Shown: in pieces, positions 25,641 through 38,894 of the stretch
Numbering within the stretch: the first letter of the stretch is position 1
Layout: each line of letters starts with the position of its first letter
NCBI GenBank assembly: GCA_964016885.1
Contig: OZ024740.1
Location: 223,262,001 to 223,326,000 of the forward strand
Direction of reading: 5' to 3'
Length of the DNA stretch: 64,000 nucleotides
From: Eledone cirrhosa
Taxonomy: Eukaryota
Translations under genes and position numbers: made by a program
The notes under the pieces: model-generated
The model's database searches: none
The model's input: the letters and a program-made list of their open reading frames with translations, nothing else
Told to the model about the DNA's origin: nothing

Positions 25641-28325
25641 GTGGATTTTCGATGTATACTGAGAGAAGACCACAGGTAAAAAAAAGATACTCAATACGTT
25701 AGTAGAGGATAGGCAACTATATTTTATTACTGAAATTACATCTACAGGACTTGAACTGTTTCATTTCTAAGAAATCATTATATATATATATATATGGGTG
25801 GGGTGTAACAATGGGCTTCTACACAGTTTCCATCTGCCAAACTGCCCTCACTGTTTATTGGTCAACCTGTGACTATTGTATAGACACAAGCTGAATATGC
25901 CCCATACATGGTGTTTAACTTTGAATTGCAAGATTACAAACTAAAACTCTTAACCACACAGCAATACCTGCAACTCTATAGAAGTTAATTTAATCATGCA
26001 TATCCTTTGACTCAAACAAACACTGATTTTTTCTTAAACATGAAAGAATGAACTTCTCTATCATTTTCAGTTTATTTGTCAAATACCAAAGGGTGTTGGA
26101 AATTATTTTATTGTCTTGATATAGTCAGACGATGTCATTTTATCATAGTAATATATTTGAGTATATTGAAACAAAATATTTTCACCTTATATATATATAT
26201 ATCCTGGTTTTAATTCCCATTGAGACCTCTGGTATCTTCAATCCATGAACTGTCATTTTCCTCTGCAAAATCAAGACAAGAGTATTACATCTGAGGAAGG
26301 GTTTTTATGGGAAGGAATAACTAATGCATTGGATATCACTAGCTATTCTGCTCAGCAATGTTTTCGTGTTCTTGCCTACATGGCATATCTAAGATATGCT
26401 GTTCAACCAAGAGCATAGAGCCTTCATATTCTTATTTTCTTCTTTTTATTTTTTCTTATATGAAAGTTTGTTTGTTTTTCATGGGGAATTTTGAATAAAA
26501 ATCTCTGTTGATATAAAAAAAAATAAATTCCTTGTAGAAAGAGGTATTTGTAATGCCACCAAGAAGAACCAGAAATTAAAATCGTTTTGCCTTTCAAACA
26601 TTCCACATTCAATAAAATATTGTACCAGCGAATTTCTGAAGTAGAATTAATGACAAACATTTTCGTCAAATTGCTGCCTGTATATTGTAAGATTTACATA
26701 TAATTGTAGTTAAAAGTCACCAGCATGTGGGCATGTCTCCCCACTCTCTCTCTCAAAGAAAGAAACAAACAAACACAGACACATGTGCATATATATGCAT
26801 TTTTGTGTTTATATCTATGTGTCGATATTTGATAAATGCTGGGGACTGTTTATAATTACCATTGTATATAAAACTTAGATAAGCACATTTAATCTACCTT
26901 GACCATTAAGTACCTTTTTTTACTTCCTATAAGCCTTTGTTTAGCTCTACACATGGCTGGTTACTGCAAGATCAAATCCATTTATCAAAACCCAGAGCCA
27001 TTGAAGTTAGCTTTTCAAAATAATTTCTATAGAATTTTCTTTTTGTCTGTTGACCATTTATCCCTGAATACCCTATCCTACCACAGACACATTTTCTTTT
27101 TCTTATTCACTTAAATATTCTAGTTTCAATTAAAAATAATTTCTCTTCCTTCTTACTCCTCTTCGTTCATTCCCTTTCCTTCATTGCCCCTCCTTCTTCC
27201 TTCTCTTCTTCAATAATAATTTATACTTCACATTCAATTTTTCCTTACACCAAATTCCACTACTTTATAAACTCTACCTACATAGTACATACAAGATAAC
27301 ACTAAGCATAAACAAATATCCATGATTGCAGAAATTGAAGATGGATACAGCCAACTGCTGGCAAAATTTTGAAATGATTGCAAACTATTTTTTTGTAAAT
27401 GTATGTGTACTGAGACATGTGTGTAGGGAAATTTTAAAATAAATTTCTATGCTTCAATATAATAAGCATATATTTTGTCTCATTCTAAAAATAGACAAAG
27501 TGTTTAAACCACCACATGTAGCACACTACATAATAAAATGAAGTAGAATAAATGTGATAGTTATGAGCACACTAAAGATGATGGTAGTAGGTATAAGATA
27601 ATAACAGGTCTGATGCAATTCCTCATACATAAGCATATTTATGGGAACAAAAACAAGAGGCAGGAGTGGTAATATTCCTTTAAACTTTTACATAAGATTC
27701 TGGCGACATCATTAGATTCAGATTGCATAATTAGTTAATCAATAAAGGAATTACGGCAAACACAATCAGAGAATAGTGAAAATATATGATTTTGAGATGG
27801 CTGTCGAAATAGGTGTTATTGTTGCTGCAGACAATAAAAAGCTCATCAATCCAAAGCATTATGGGTTTGGTAAGCATGACCAAGATGGGTGGTGGATTTG
27901 TGTGGTGGCAATATACATTCCGCTGATATAGATACTACTATACTGTTAATGAGAGCCAACCAGTCTGCTGCCACAGAGGTTAGGGGTAATACATTCTGTG
28001 TAAATATATCCTGGCCCAAACCAGCTAAGTATGACCATGGAGAAAATCATATTAAAGGTGATATGTTCTATGGAGGTTAAGAAAGATATAAATATATATT
28101 AAAATTTCATGAACAGTAATGAACGTTGGGTTGCAAGTCGTGTTAAGTGAACTTTTTATAACTGTCTTGATGTCCATAGAACATATCATCTTTAATTTAA
28201 TCAACATCAACGATGGATGAGTTGCATAATATTGACTGCTTTTTCTACTATTACACCATGGTTAGCTGAATGGAATGATCAATTCATCCATTGGGAAACC
28301 ACAGAACTTAAATATATATATACAA

Positions 28326-28434
28326 TAGCATAGCTTAGATGGGTTGTCCTGTTGTGGGCAATGCCAGGTCGAGCAAGACAAGATCACCCAACCTGGCATT
28401 GCCCACAACAGTACAACCCATCTAACCCATGCTA
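28326..28434. repeat. About 46-bp-arm fold-back inverted repeat at the 5' end of an RTE 3' UTR fragment
   Basis: 28335-28371 pairs with 28389-28425 (2 mismatches in 37), 17-nt loop, extended by TAGCAT/ATGCTA. Confidence 0.9.
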
Positions 28435-28471
28435 CCATGGAAGAATGGGTGTAAAACTGTGATGATGATGA

Positions 28472-28931
28472 CATACATGTATATATACATGTATGCATAT
28501 ATATACACACACATATATATATATATATATACACACATGTATATGTATATATACACATGTACACACACACATATATATATATACACACATGTATATGTAG
28601 ATATACACATGTACACACATATATATATATATATATATACACACACGTATATGTATATATACACATGTACACACACACATATATATATATACAGACACAT
28701 GTATATATACACATGTACACACACACATATATATATACACACACATGTATATATACACATGTACACACACATATATATATATATATACACACATGTATAT
28801 ACATACACACATATATATATATATGGATATATATGTGTGTATATATATATATGTATATATATGTGTGTGTGTATATATATATGTGTGTGTATATATATAT
28901 ATGTGTGTGTATATATATATATGTGTGTGTA

Positions 28932-28974
<43 letters not shown>

Positions 28975-29412
28975 GTATATGTATATATACACATGTACAC
29001 ACACACATATATTTATGTATATATACACACACATGTGTATACATACACACATATATATACACATGTATATGTATATATACACATGTACGCATATATATAC
29101 ATACATATATACATATATATATTCATATACATACATACATATACATACATATACATACATATACATACATATATATATATATACATACATATGCACACAT
29201 ATATACATATATATATAACCCATGCTAGCGTGGAAAATGGATGTTAAATGAAGACGATGATGATGAGATGATGATATACACATACATACATGCATATATA
29301 TATAAATACACACATGTATATATATACATATATACATACATTCATACATACATACACAATATATATATACATACATTCATACATACATACACACAATATA
29401 TATATATATATA
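28472..29412. repeat. Compound TA/CA/TACA microsatellite array with an embedded RTE tail at 29217-29270
   Basis: Direct inspection. Confidence 0.95.
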
Positions 29413-29812
29413 TGGTGGCTGCCAACTCGTTTTCGAGTACGGCCACTACTTTATATCCATGTAGGAGAACCCCTATCGATGCGCTGAACGAGTGTGACTT
29501 TTTAGTCCAGCCAGCGACTTGAAAACTCTCGTACAAACACTACACTTGTGACAATGATTGACACATAATACTGGGCCCATGGTACCATGTGACGAGGTGC
29601 AGAGAGATCTCCAGATATAAAGCAATGTCTGTGCCATGAAGCTTTTATAGTGAGCAAAGGCACTGCACAAAGCCAGTCCCATTCTCTTAACCAAGATGAT
29701 ATTTACCAAAAAGAAGAACAAGTCAACATCATTGGATACCATCAGGGTTGCAGGTGTTATATCAGAGTTTTCCTACTCCTAGAATTCTGCCTTGACAAAG
29801 GCTAAGGGGTCA
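29413..29812 (-). mobile_element. 5'-truncated copy of the same non-autonomous RTE-like element
   Basis: Colinear with 55462-55864; ORF 29473-29742 ends CHKCSVCTRVFKSLAGLKSHTRSAHR; microsatellite on both sides. Confidence 0.7.
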
Positions 29813-29845
29813 TACATACATACATACATACATACATACGTATAC

Positions 29846-29879
<34 letters not shown>

Positions 29880-32800
29880 CACTCACACACACGCATATAT
29901 ATATATATCTTAATGCCTGTACTCACTATTTTCGATATGACAGCAATTGTTCTATCATCACCTGACCACAGAAAACTTCTCCAAATTGTTTGCTATTTAT
30001 CTTTCACATTACTACTTGTGTTATGTTATTATTACAATCTAATAACATTTTGTAGTCAGGGGATTTTTGCATTACACTTCCTTCACAAACTATTGCTTCT
30101 AAACATCGTTTTTTATGTGCCTATATCTCACACTTTCTAATATTGATGTAAAGAAATCACTTTTCAAATTATATTAATGAATTAACGTGTACTTTTTTGA
30201 CAGGAATTAGAAATAAGAAAACTGAATTAATAAATCATTTGACAAGGATAAAGCAAAAAATATAAATAATAGAATCAACTAGAGTTATTGACAGCAAGTA
30301 AACTAATGAAATTTTGATGTGCAATTTCATATGAGGTCAGAGTGATGTGTCAGTCTATAAAGTTTGAGCTATTTTACTTATTTTCGGCATTTATTCAACT
30401 TAATGTTATCCTTAAGAGATTTAGAATTTAATTGGAAAATAAATTTTTCATGAAACAAATATTTTATATTATAGCATGGCAAAGTCTCATAACTACAGCA
30501 ATTCTTCAATATAAGACCAAAGCATTTCAAAAGTAAAGCATGGCTTTGAGGGGAAGCTTCTATCCAGCCACAAGACTTGCTAGAAACAGCAGAGTTTCCC
30601 TCAAATCACATTCTTCTATTTTAAAATCAATGAAAGACACATTGGGCAATGTAGTCCTCATTAGAAAAGATAGGATGATCCCTGCTTGTTCATCCTTGAT
30701 CATACACCTGCTTAATTGGGTAGTAGAGTAATTCCATCACTTGGTTTAACACCACTCAGACCTTTCTGTGTCCTTATCAAAGTCCACACTGTTGAAAGAA
30801 TTCAGACTTGGGTTTTTTACTTTAGGATACCTTCCATAACATGCAGACAAACACTCTCACATTCACATACACACACCTGTCACAGAGGCCTTGAAAAATA
30901 TCATGGGTACTCTCATTCCCTTCGTGACTAAAAGCAGTAAACAAATAGACTAACATAATGCTAAATAACACAAAAAAGAAACAGAGAAAGAGAATAGTTA
31001 AAAATATGTATGGAAAACCATCTTCCCTCTCATCATCTCTATCATTTCTCACTCATCTAACTACAAACTATGTACCAACTATTTGAACATATCCTTCAGC
31101 CTCAGGCCTACACTCTTCTTGTATTTTCTAAACAAGAATCAATTGGCAAATGTTCAAGTTGAACATCAACCATATCAAACTAATTGATGTTGGAAGGACT
31201 GCTCTAGCTAACAGCACTGACAATTATCATTAAATTTAAACAGGCATTGGCAAACATTTTTTGAAGATGGGTAGGATTCAAGATATTTTTATGTCTTTGC
31301 CAAGGCAAATAAAAAATGAAACCATGATTATTAAATAATTAAGAAAACAGCTAATTTTAAAGTTACATTATGGAGTTTTATTTAAAAGAGTTTATTGTAG
31401 AATAAAATATGCATTTTTCACCAGTGGTATGAAAAATTATTAGACTCTTATACCAACTATTAGAGTGACAGAGTGGACACCAACTCAATGAAAAAGAACC
31501 AGAGTGTGGCCAAAGGCACGATGGTGCAATAATCTGACCTGACACTTCGGCCACACATGACCTAGGATGGCCAGAGAGAGGAAGCAGTAGAGCTCACCCA
31601 GAGGAAGCAGTAGAGCTCAACAGGAGTGAGATGGCCCTGGAAAAGGATATAAAGGATATCCAAAAGGGCATGTCTTTTGTAATATCAAAATGTTGTTTAA
31701 TGATGTTAATAGAAATATTTCTTTTGCACAGATAACATTCTGCTAATCAAGGATTGATAAAGAAAACAAAGAATGTTTGTGTGCAACACAACATATTCAT
31801 TGCCAAAATTTAAAACAAGCAGGCTGAGTGAAAGGAAGCTGCAGGCTAGATTTGGCTTGCATGTTATACTTTGTTGACCCACTGGATATTTATTATTCAA
31901 TAGACATTTTATAGACAGCTATAATTAAAATGTTGTTCAGAATCTTTTAGTATTTTTATGTCATTTAAATTAAGTTTTATCTTCTATTTCAATTTTGTTA
32001 CTATTTTCTAGTTATTGCATTCATGATCTGATCTGTTGTTTATGCTGATGGAGGTTCAAGCAAACAAAACAGAGAGGGATCAAATCTGATAATTGGACCT
32101 CTCTTTTGTAATATTAATAATAAACTTTCCTGGTCTGCTTTCAAACCTTGGTTCAATATAGGGTAGAGAAGTTTCTGATGCTACTAAGAAAACTTTAGTG
32201 CTGCTGAAAAAATAACTGCTAGTGGTCTGTAATACAACACTAGATTAGGTAGCCAGTCCCCAAACAGAAACAGCAAAATCACAAGCTAAACATAGCAGGC
32301 AAAAATACTAGTAAAATATATACAAGACTACAAGAGGATACATTGCCATTTCCAATTGTTATCACTAGAATTCAAGTTGTGCAAACTACATTGCAAATCC
32401 ACAAGATGAGAACACCAACAACCACAACAACAAAAAGACTATATTTATAAGCATTTGATTATTTTGTTGGTTTTACATTCTTTTTTTCCATGGGTTGGAA
32501 TAAGGCAGGAACTTATCTGGGCTTCATGTGGAATTAAGTAGCTGAGATTATGCGACTTCACAATAGACAAAATTTTAGTCTGTCACGCTGGTTCTCATTT
32601 TCAGATGAGCTGATTGGAGTAACAAGAAATGAAGTGCTTTGTTGAAGAGCATAACACACCAGCCCATTCAGGGATTCAGCCTAAAATCTTACAGTTAGGA
32701 GACCAACTAATGTTAAATAATAGTCTAACTCACTAACCAATAGTATACATGCCTTCATATTTATAAACTAATACATGTAATTTAGGGTAAATGAATCATT

Positions 32801-34940
32801 TAAAATACATGGAATAATATTTAGTTTGTTTATAGTTAAAGATATAATATTCATCTACTGCTACAGGCATTTTGTGGTACATTGTTTTTTTGTTTTTTAT
32901 TCTTCTATATTCTAATTTACAGAATAAACATCTCACTGCATAGTACAGTGGGTAGTGCTTAAGAAAACATTAAAGCTTCCTTCCCTGTCTTCCAAAAACC
33001 ATGATTATATTTCCAGCAAGCAAAGAAAATATTGTTTTAAAAACGAAAAAACAAATGTCTTACAGGAATTGTTTGTAAATGATTGCAGCTGAAAAGAGCT
33101 TAGTCTATCATGGATTAATTTGTACTTTTAAAATTGTTTAACAAAATACACAAACAAGGTTCCAACCCATGACTATCAAGAGATTTAAAAATAACGCATA
33201 TTTATAACAATAATAACAAAAAACAAAACAAAAAAAAAACAGTTGTTAAAGTGTACATCAGGTAGAGAGATTTTCAAGCTGGAAATCAAAATCGTCGTTT
33301 TTATATGAGCAATATTTATTTTTTATTTCTCATTACAGTACTAATTATCAACATCATTTTATCATTTTACTTCTGTTTTAATTCAAGAAAGCAATATTAA
33401 TTTCTAATATAGGCACAAAACTGAAATTTGGTAAAGGGTTACACCAATTATATTTTTATATTTGCCCCAGTATTTGACTGGTACATTATGTTATCAAACT
33501 TAGAATGATGAAAGGTAATGTTGACCTGAATAAGAAAATCTATACAAGAATTTATCAGAATATAAAGGAATGTAATTAAATATCAGAAGGCATTTTTCTC
33601 AACCAAACCCCAATTCTGCCATTTAAAAATAACAATAGAAATCAATTATTCTATTTTACATATGGTGTTCAACATTCTCATTAAACACTGTATAGCTCTT
33701 CCCATTTCATAATTGAAGATACATCCTGTTAATTTTTATCAAAAATATGGTTGGCATTAGTACGAACATCCAGCTGTAGAAACCTTGTAAAAACTGGAAC
33801 TTATGCAAGTGAGATGTGGCCCCTGACCCAACTATAATGATATTAGTTCTGATTAGGTACTTACTTGGTCTGTATCAACCCACCCAATCCATGCAATCAT
33901 TGAAACACTGACATAAAACATGACGATGACGATGATGAATGTAACCTCTGTCTATTTCTATTTTTGCTACAATTATTTCTTTGGTATCTGTTAGGCTATC
34001 ATCGGGTGTATTGGATTTTTAATGTTTATAATAATCCTATAGATCTTTTTATTGGATTCTGTTTACACGAATGTCTGGAAACATTGCGATAAACATCACT
34101 ATTGACTGATTACTGACCTGCATTTTGGCATTCATATATATGCCTTATATATTCAAAACAGTTCAATATTCTCCACCTAATTTATTACTGATGGAATCAG
34201 AAGGAAAGTAAGATAACTTTTATTAAATAACTAAATCAATAACTTTTATTATTTAAGAAAATGATATAAAGCAGCGTTATATCTCAGATAATATACCCTC
34301 ATATGAACAAAATTATTATTATTGTTCAATTAAATTATTTCGGGATTTTATTTTGAAGTCTGAAAAGTGGTTTTGTCCAGAAAGCATGAACATTTTTGTT
34401 AAATATGATAAATGAAATGGAGACACCATAGGATACAGAGTGCCCTTTAGTCTAGTTGGGAGCATGACAACCTCTCTTGTGCTGGCGCCACAATAAAATG
34501 TACCCAATACACTCTGTTAAGTGGTAGGCTTTAGGAGGGGCTCCCAGCCATAGAAACAATGCAATAAATTGAAACTTACAATTGAGATGTGCTCCTCATG
34601 ATTGGTTTTGGAGTATAGTAACTCTGAATAAGATCTGATTCAGACTGTAGAAAACTGTCCAAACCATGGTAGCATGGAAAGCAGAAGTAAAATGATAAAA
34701 CAATGCCGATAATTAGTACGGTAATGACAAATAAAAAATAAGTTTTGCTCATAGAAACAAGATCACATGGGAAGAGTGGAATCCAATTTGTTTCATCAAA
34801 TATTTGGGGTTTGATTTCTTTCTGCTTTGATATATCGAGCAGGCTGTTCAGTTGATTATATCAACTGGAGCACTCGTTGTCATAACTGGCAGAGTGCCAG
34901 TGTTGTAAATTAGTTTGTATTAGCTGCAAAATTAGCATTT

Positions 34941-35138
34941 TATGAGAGTCGGCTGAAAAGTTCATAGGCTGACTATGAAGGAGTGATGTTTGATCTGTGA
35001 AATTTTTAATGCAATAATTTCAACTCTTCTTAATAACTACAGTGTTTCCTTCCAGGCACGATGTTGAAAAATAAGCCTCATTTGGTGATTCTAAGAGAGT
35101 ATCTTGGTCAACCTATGAACTTTTCAGCTTACTCTCAT
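34941..35138. mobile_element. Mariner-derived MITE
   Basis: TIRs TATGAGAGTCGGCTGAAAAGTTCATAGGCTGAC / GTCAACCTATGAACTTTTCAGCTTACTCTCATA with TA ends. Confidence 0.75.
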
Positions 35139-37569
35139 AAATCCCTGCACATTATGCAAATGATTCCTGATCCCAAAATTTGAGAAAAAAATATGTGCCG
35201 AAATTGCTATTCCACCTCATAAAACTGCTTCTCGTGGTGGACCATCTCCATCTGGATCAAACTGAGGAGGGATGTATTTTAGCAACACAGGGCATGAGAT
35301 ATCTATTCAAACTCCTACTGGTAGAAATTTGAATGAATATCTTTCAGAGAATACCTTGTAAATAATCAGTATCTGATGTTCAGCCTGTTGTGCAGTACTG
35401 CTTAGTTCTGACACAAATTTCACCAGGTTGTTACTGGAAAACATATCACTGTAGGCTGAATCCAAGGTTAGGAACAAGTGTCTTGAAACTGAAAGAGTGC
35501 AATACCATACTGTTTTATTGCCACCCAGTCTAACATTGACATTACTAGCATCCTTGGAAAAATGACATCTTATGATTTTTTCAGAGCACATGCTGGTTCT
35601 GTTTCACAAATAAATGAGTATTAATCATTGTTGTAACTCATAGAAAAAACATTCATTCATTAGACTATCATATTATATACAGAGCAATTATAGTGAATGT
35701 GATGATAAATTAAATTAATTTATGTAAAGATAAGCAAAAAATCTAAAAAAACTGACACTCTTTGAATTAAGTCCTTTATAATATTTGTTCTGCCCTGAAA
35801 TACAGACACTCACTTGTCACTCATGTCATGAGAAATATAATGAACTGTTGAAAGCCTGTAACCAACAATGGAAATGTTCGTCATTTACAATATAAAAAAA
35901 TGAAAAGAAAAAACAATAATCTTCAAATAAATTTTCTCTATAGAAGAATAGTAGGATTATTTAATGATATTAATTTAGAGTGGTGGTGGTGGAAAGGAAG
36001 GATACCATAACTGAAATATAACATTTCACTCTTGCTTTTATTCAAAGCAAGCTTGAAGGAATATTGCTGTGTTTTCTCTTCAGAAACCAGTGTGAAAATG
36101 TTAGTCTTTTCTGGTTAAAAGAGGAAAAATCACGGAAAGAAGGAAATTATTTTTAGCAAATCAGCTTGAAAGGCTTCCTGTTTTATTTTCAGCTTAATTA
36201 AAATAATTCAGTAATCTTTCAACCTGATGAAACTTATTCATTGTTAAATGAAATGACTGCAAGCAGTAACTGAGACCTATCTGTCTCAAACAGAAATGGT
36301 ATTTGTTATGTAACTAATTTTTTTTTAATGTTTGTAACAAGTGTGTTAATGCAATACAATCTGATGTTCCTGAAATAATTCATTTCACGTGAATAACATT
36401 CATCCAAAGGAATTTACTTGTATTCCAGTGTTGGTGATAGAGATGCTCAGTTAAAAAATCAATATCTATGTAATTTAATAACTAAGTTCACATTAACCCT
36501 TTCATTACCTATTTCAAATGAAATAGAAAATAAAGAATACATTTAAAATAAAATACTTGATTTTCTATTAACTTTGAAAATAATCAAGAATGTGAATAGA
36601 TTTAGTAATATTTCTAACTAACATTGTCATGATTGGGTGAGGGAGGTGTGCAGAAATGTGGCAGCGCCATGTTAATGTTGCATTTCTTCATAAAAAACTG
36701 AAACAAATGATAATAGGGATCAAATTGGCTTTAATTTGTTTAAACCTGTGCTTCACAAAGTAAACTAAAACATGCTAGTAAATCTTTGATTCACAAATGG
36801 TGGGAGGTAAAACATATACCAGCATCTTTTTTTAAACTAAAAAATCTTACCTACTATTTTTGAAATTAATATTACTTTTCATCAGAAGAATTTATAGTCT
36901 AATATTAGATAGTATGTAAACTTTAGTTTGTTCTTAAAAAGAAGTGCATGGAATGTGATAATTTGCTCAATGCAGGAGGTAAATCATCATCATCATCATC
37001 ATTGTTTAACGTCCATCTACATTTTTGTACATTATTTAGAATAATTAAATGTCTGATCATAATTGCTGAGCTTCACAGATGAGTTGACAACAAAAATCAA
37101 ATTGTGTTGCAATTTACTGTAGGTTGGGCCTGAATGCCAGCGTAGAGAAGATTTTAAAACAAATATGATGTTAAAAGGCAGGACTGTGAAATGGGAAGAA
37201 TGTTGAAAAGCAAGTCTTATATTTACAAATACTTGAAATGATGATATGTATCTTGAACACTTAGGTAAGCAAAGAGAATAGATATTATTGTTGCTTTATA
37301 TAGTCTGTACAAAGTGACTGCAACTTGTCAGCCTAGAATTTTCTAAATAACATTTCTAAGAATTCAGAACATTCTTTTTAGCATAAAGGCAGTAGTATAG
37401 CTAGAGTGTATGTGTAGCACTGGGCATTTTTTGATTGTCTACTCACTGCCTGAAAAATAACAATAGACACCAATCATATATAAATCAAAAAGTATCTCCC
37501 AGGGTGATTGTGCCCTCCCTTTCCCTCAGATATGCTACTGTATAGTGGCTAAGAAAATCTTTGCCCACT

Positions 37570-37885
37570 TATTCCTGAGAGGGTCATAGGGACAGAGTCC
37601 TCAAACACTCCTTCCAGCAGGTCCTGTCAGAAGCAACTGTTTCCAACTGATCAAGCTGGATCCCCAAATGAGACTAGCCAGGCCCATGGATGTTAATCAA
37701 CCATCATGCTAGGGGTCTTCTGGGTCTCCTGCCGGTTGGTTTTACCTGTAAAATCTGTCCAGCAAGTATTTTCTAGGACATTCTAACCACATGGCCATAG
37801 TATCAGAGTTGTGATCTCTCTATTCAGAGAAGTAGCAGCTCTACCTGGAGTGACTTTCTGATCTAAGAGCTACATAGTCTATCGA
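37570..37885 (-). mobile_element. RTE-like 3' fragment (second subfamily)
   Basis: Similar to 21625-21850 and 62640-62920. Confidence 0.6.
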
Positions 37886-38505
37886 GAAAATTATTGGTTA
37901 AAATGGTGGCGCCATGAACTGCAGGTTACAGATTCAGCAGTAAAGTCAAATTCCAAAAACATTGGTATAACAAAGACTAAATATAATATAGCACTAGTAA
38001 AACATTTTAACCTTTTTGATACAACCTCTTCCTCCTCCTATTGAGTAATCCCTCTTGCGATGGTGAATCATTCATTTTGTTTTCTCTGATGACTAGAATA
38101 TATGCAGCTTGCCCCACTCGCATAAACATCCAGGCCACTGATGTTGTTCAAGAGAAAGGCAATAGTTAATATAATGACGTTTGATACAAACCCACCCAAA
38201 ACTGCCTCTGGTTCTATGAAATCACTATTTTAAAGAGTTCTATTTAAATGTAAACTTTTTAGCATAATTATATATAGGAACCATATGGTACAAATAACAA
38301 CTAAATAATGAAACAATATTTTTAGTAAATCCTTCAGATTAGAAATAGGGTTAAACAGTATATAACAGTAAGGCATAAATCTGATTGTTATTCAAACACC
38401 TGTTTTCATACCATTACTCCTATGACAGCTATGGTTCTATAGGACAAACATTCTCATTTTAAAGTATTTAATTGCAAACCTTCCATCATACATTAATGTA
38501 ATAAC

Positions 38506-38696
38506 TAGGGCGGTGGATTGGCAGTATCGGTAGAGGGTCGGACGCCATGTTTGATGCATAGAGTTACCGCTCTTATCATTCTGAGTTCAAATCCCGCCGA
38601 GGTTAACTTTGCCTTTCATCCTACAGGGTCGATAAAATAAAGTACCAGTAATGTACTGGGTAATTGCTGGCCTTGTGCCAAAAGTAGAAACAATTA
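38506..38696 (+). mobile_element. tRNA-derived SINE (young copy)
   Basis: A box TGGCAGTATCGG 38519-38530, B box GAGTTCAAATCC 38583-38594, body GTTAACTTTGCCTTTCATCC...GATAAAATAAAGTACCAG, 3' GGCCTTGTGCCAAAAGTAGAAAC. Confidence 0.9.
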
Positions 38697-38702
38697 ATAT
38701 AA

Positions 38703-38894
38703 TAACTGTTTCTACATTTGGCACAAGGCCATCAATTACCCAGTACATTACTGGTACTTTATTTTATCGACCCCGTAGGATGAAAGGCAAAGTTAACCTC
38801 GGCGGGATTTGAACTCAGAATGATAAGGGCTGTAACTCTATGCGTCAAAGCATGGCGTCCGAACCTCTACCAATACTGCCAATCCACCGCCCTT
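38703..38894 (-). mobile_element. tRNA-derived SINE (young copy, inverted partner)
   Basis: Near reverse complement of 38506-38696. Confidence 0.9.

Noticed and set aside
28262-29536. Long Y/I/H/T/C/V-rich ORFs (also 7365-8074, 51355-52260, 55898-56342)
   Set aside because: Translations of microsatellites.
35307-35591. 94-aa minus-strand ORF as a host gene exon
   Set aside because: No recognisable domain or splice context; the + strand has a faint pogo-like LPPxxT remnant, so it is more likely decayed transposon.
37050-37265. Coding exon ending at AG|GTAAGC
   Set aside because: Stops in all three + frames.
38506-38600. tRNA gene
   Set aside because: A and B boxes are present but no convincing cloverleaf or anticodon arm, and it continues into a repeated SINE body.
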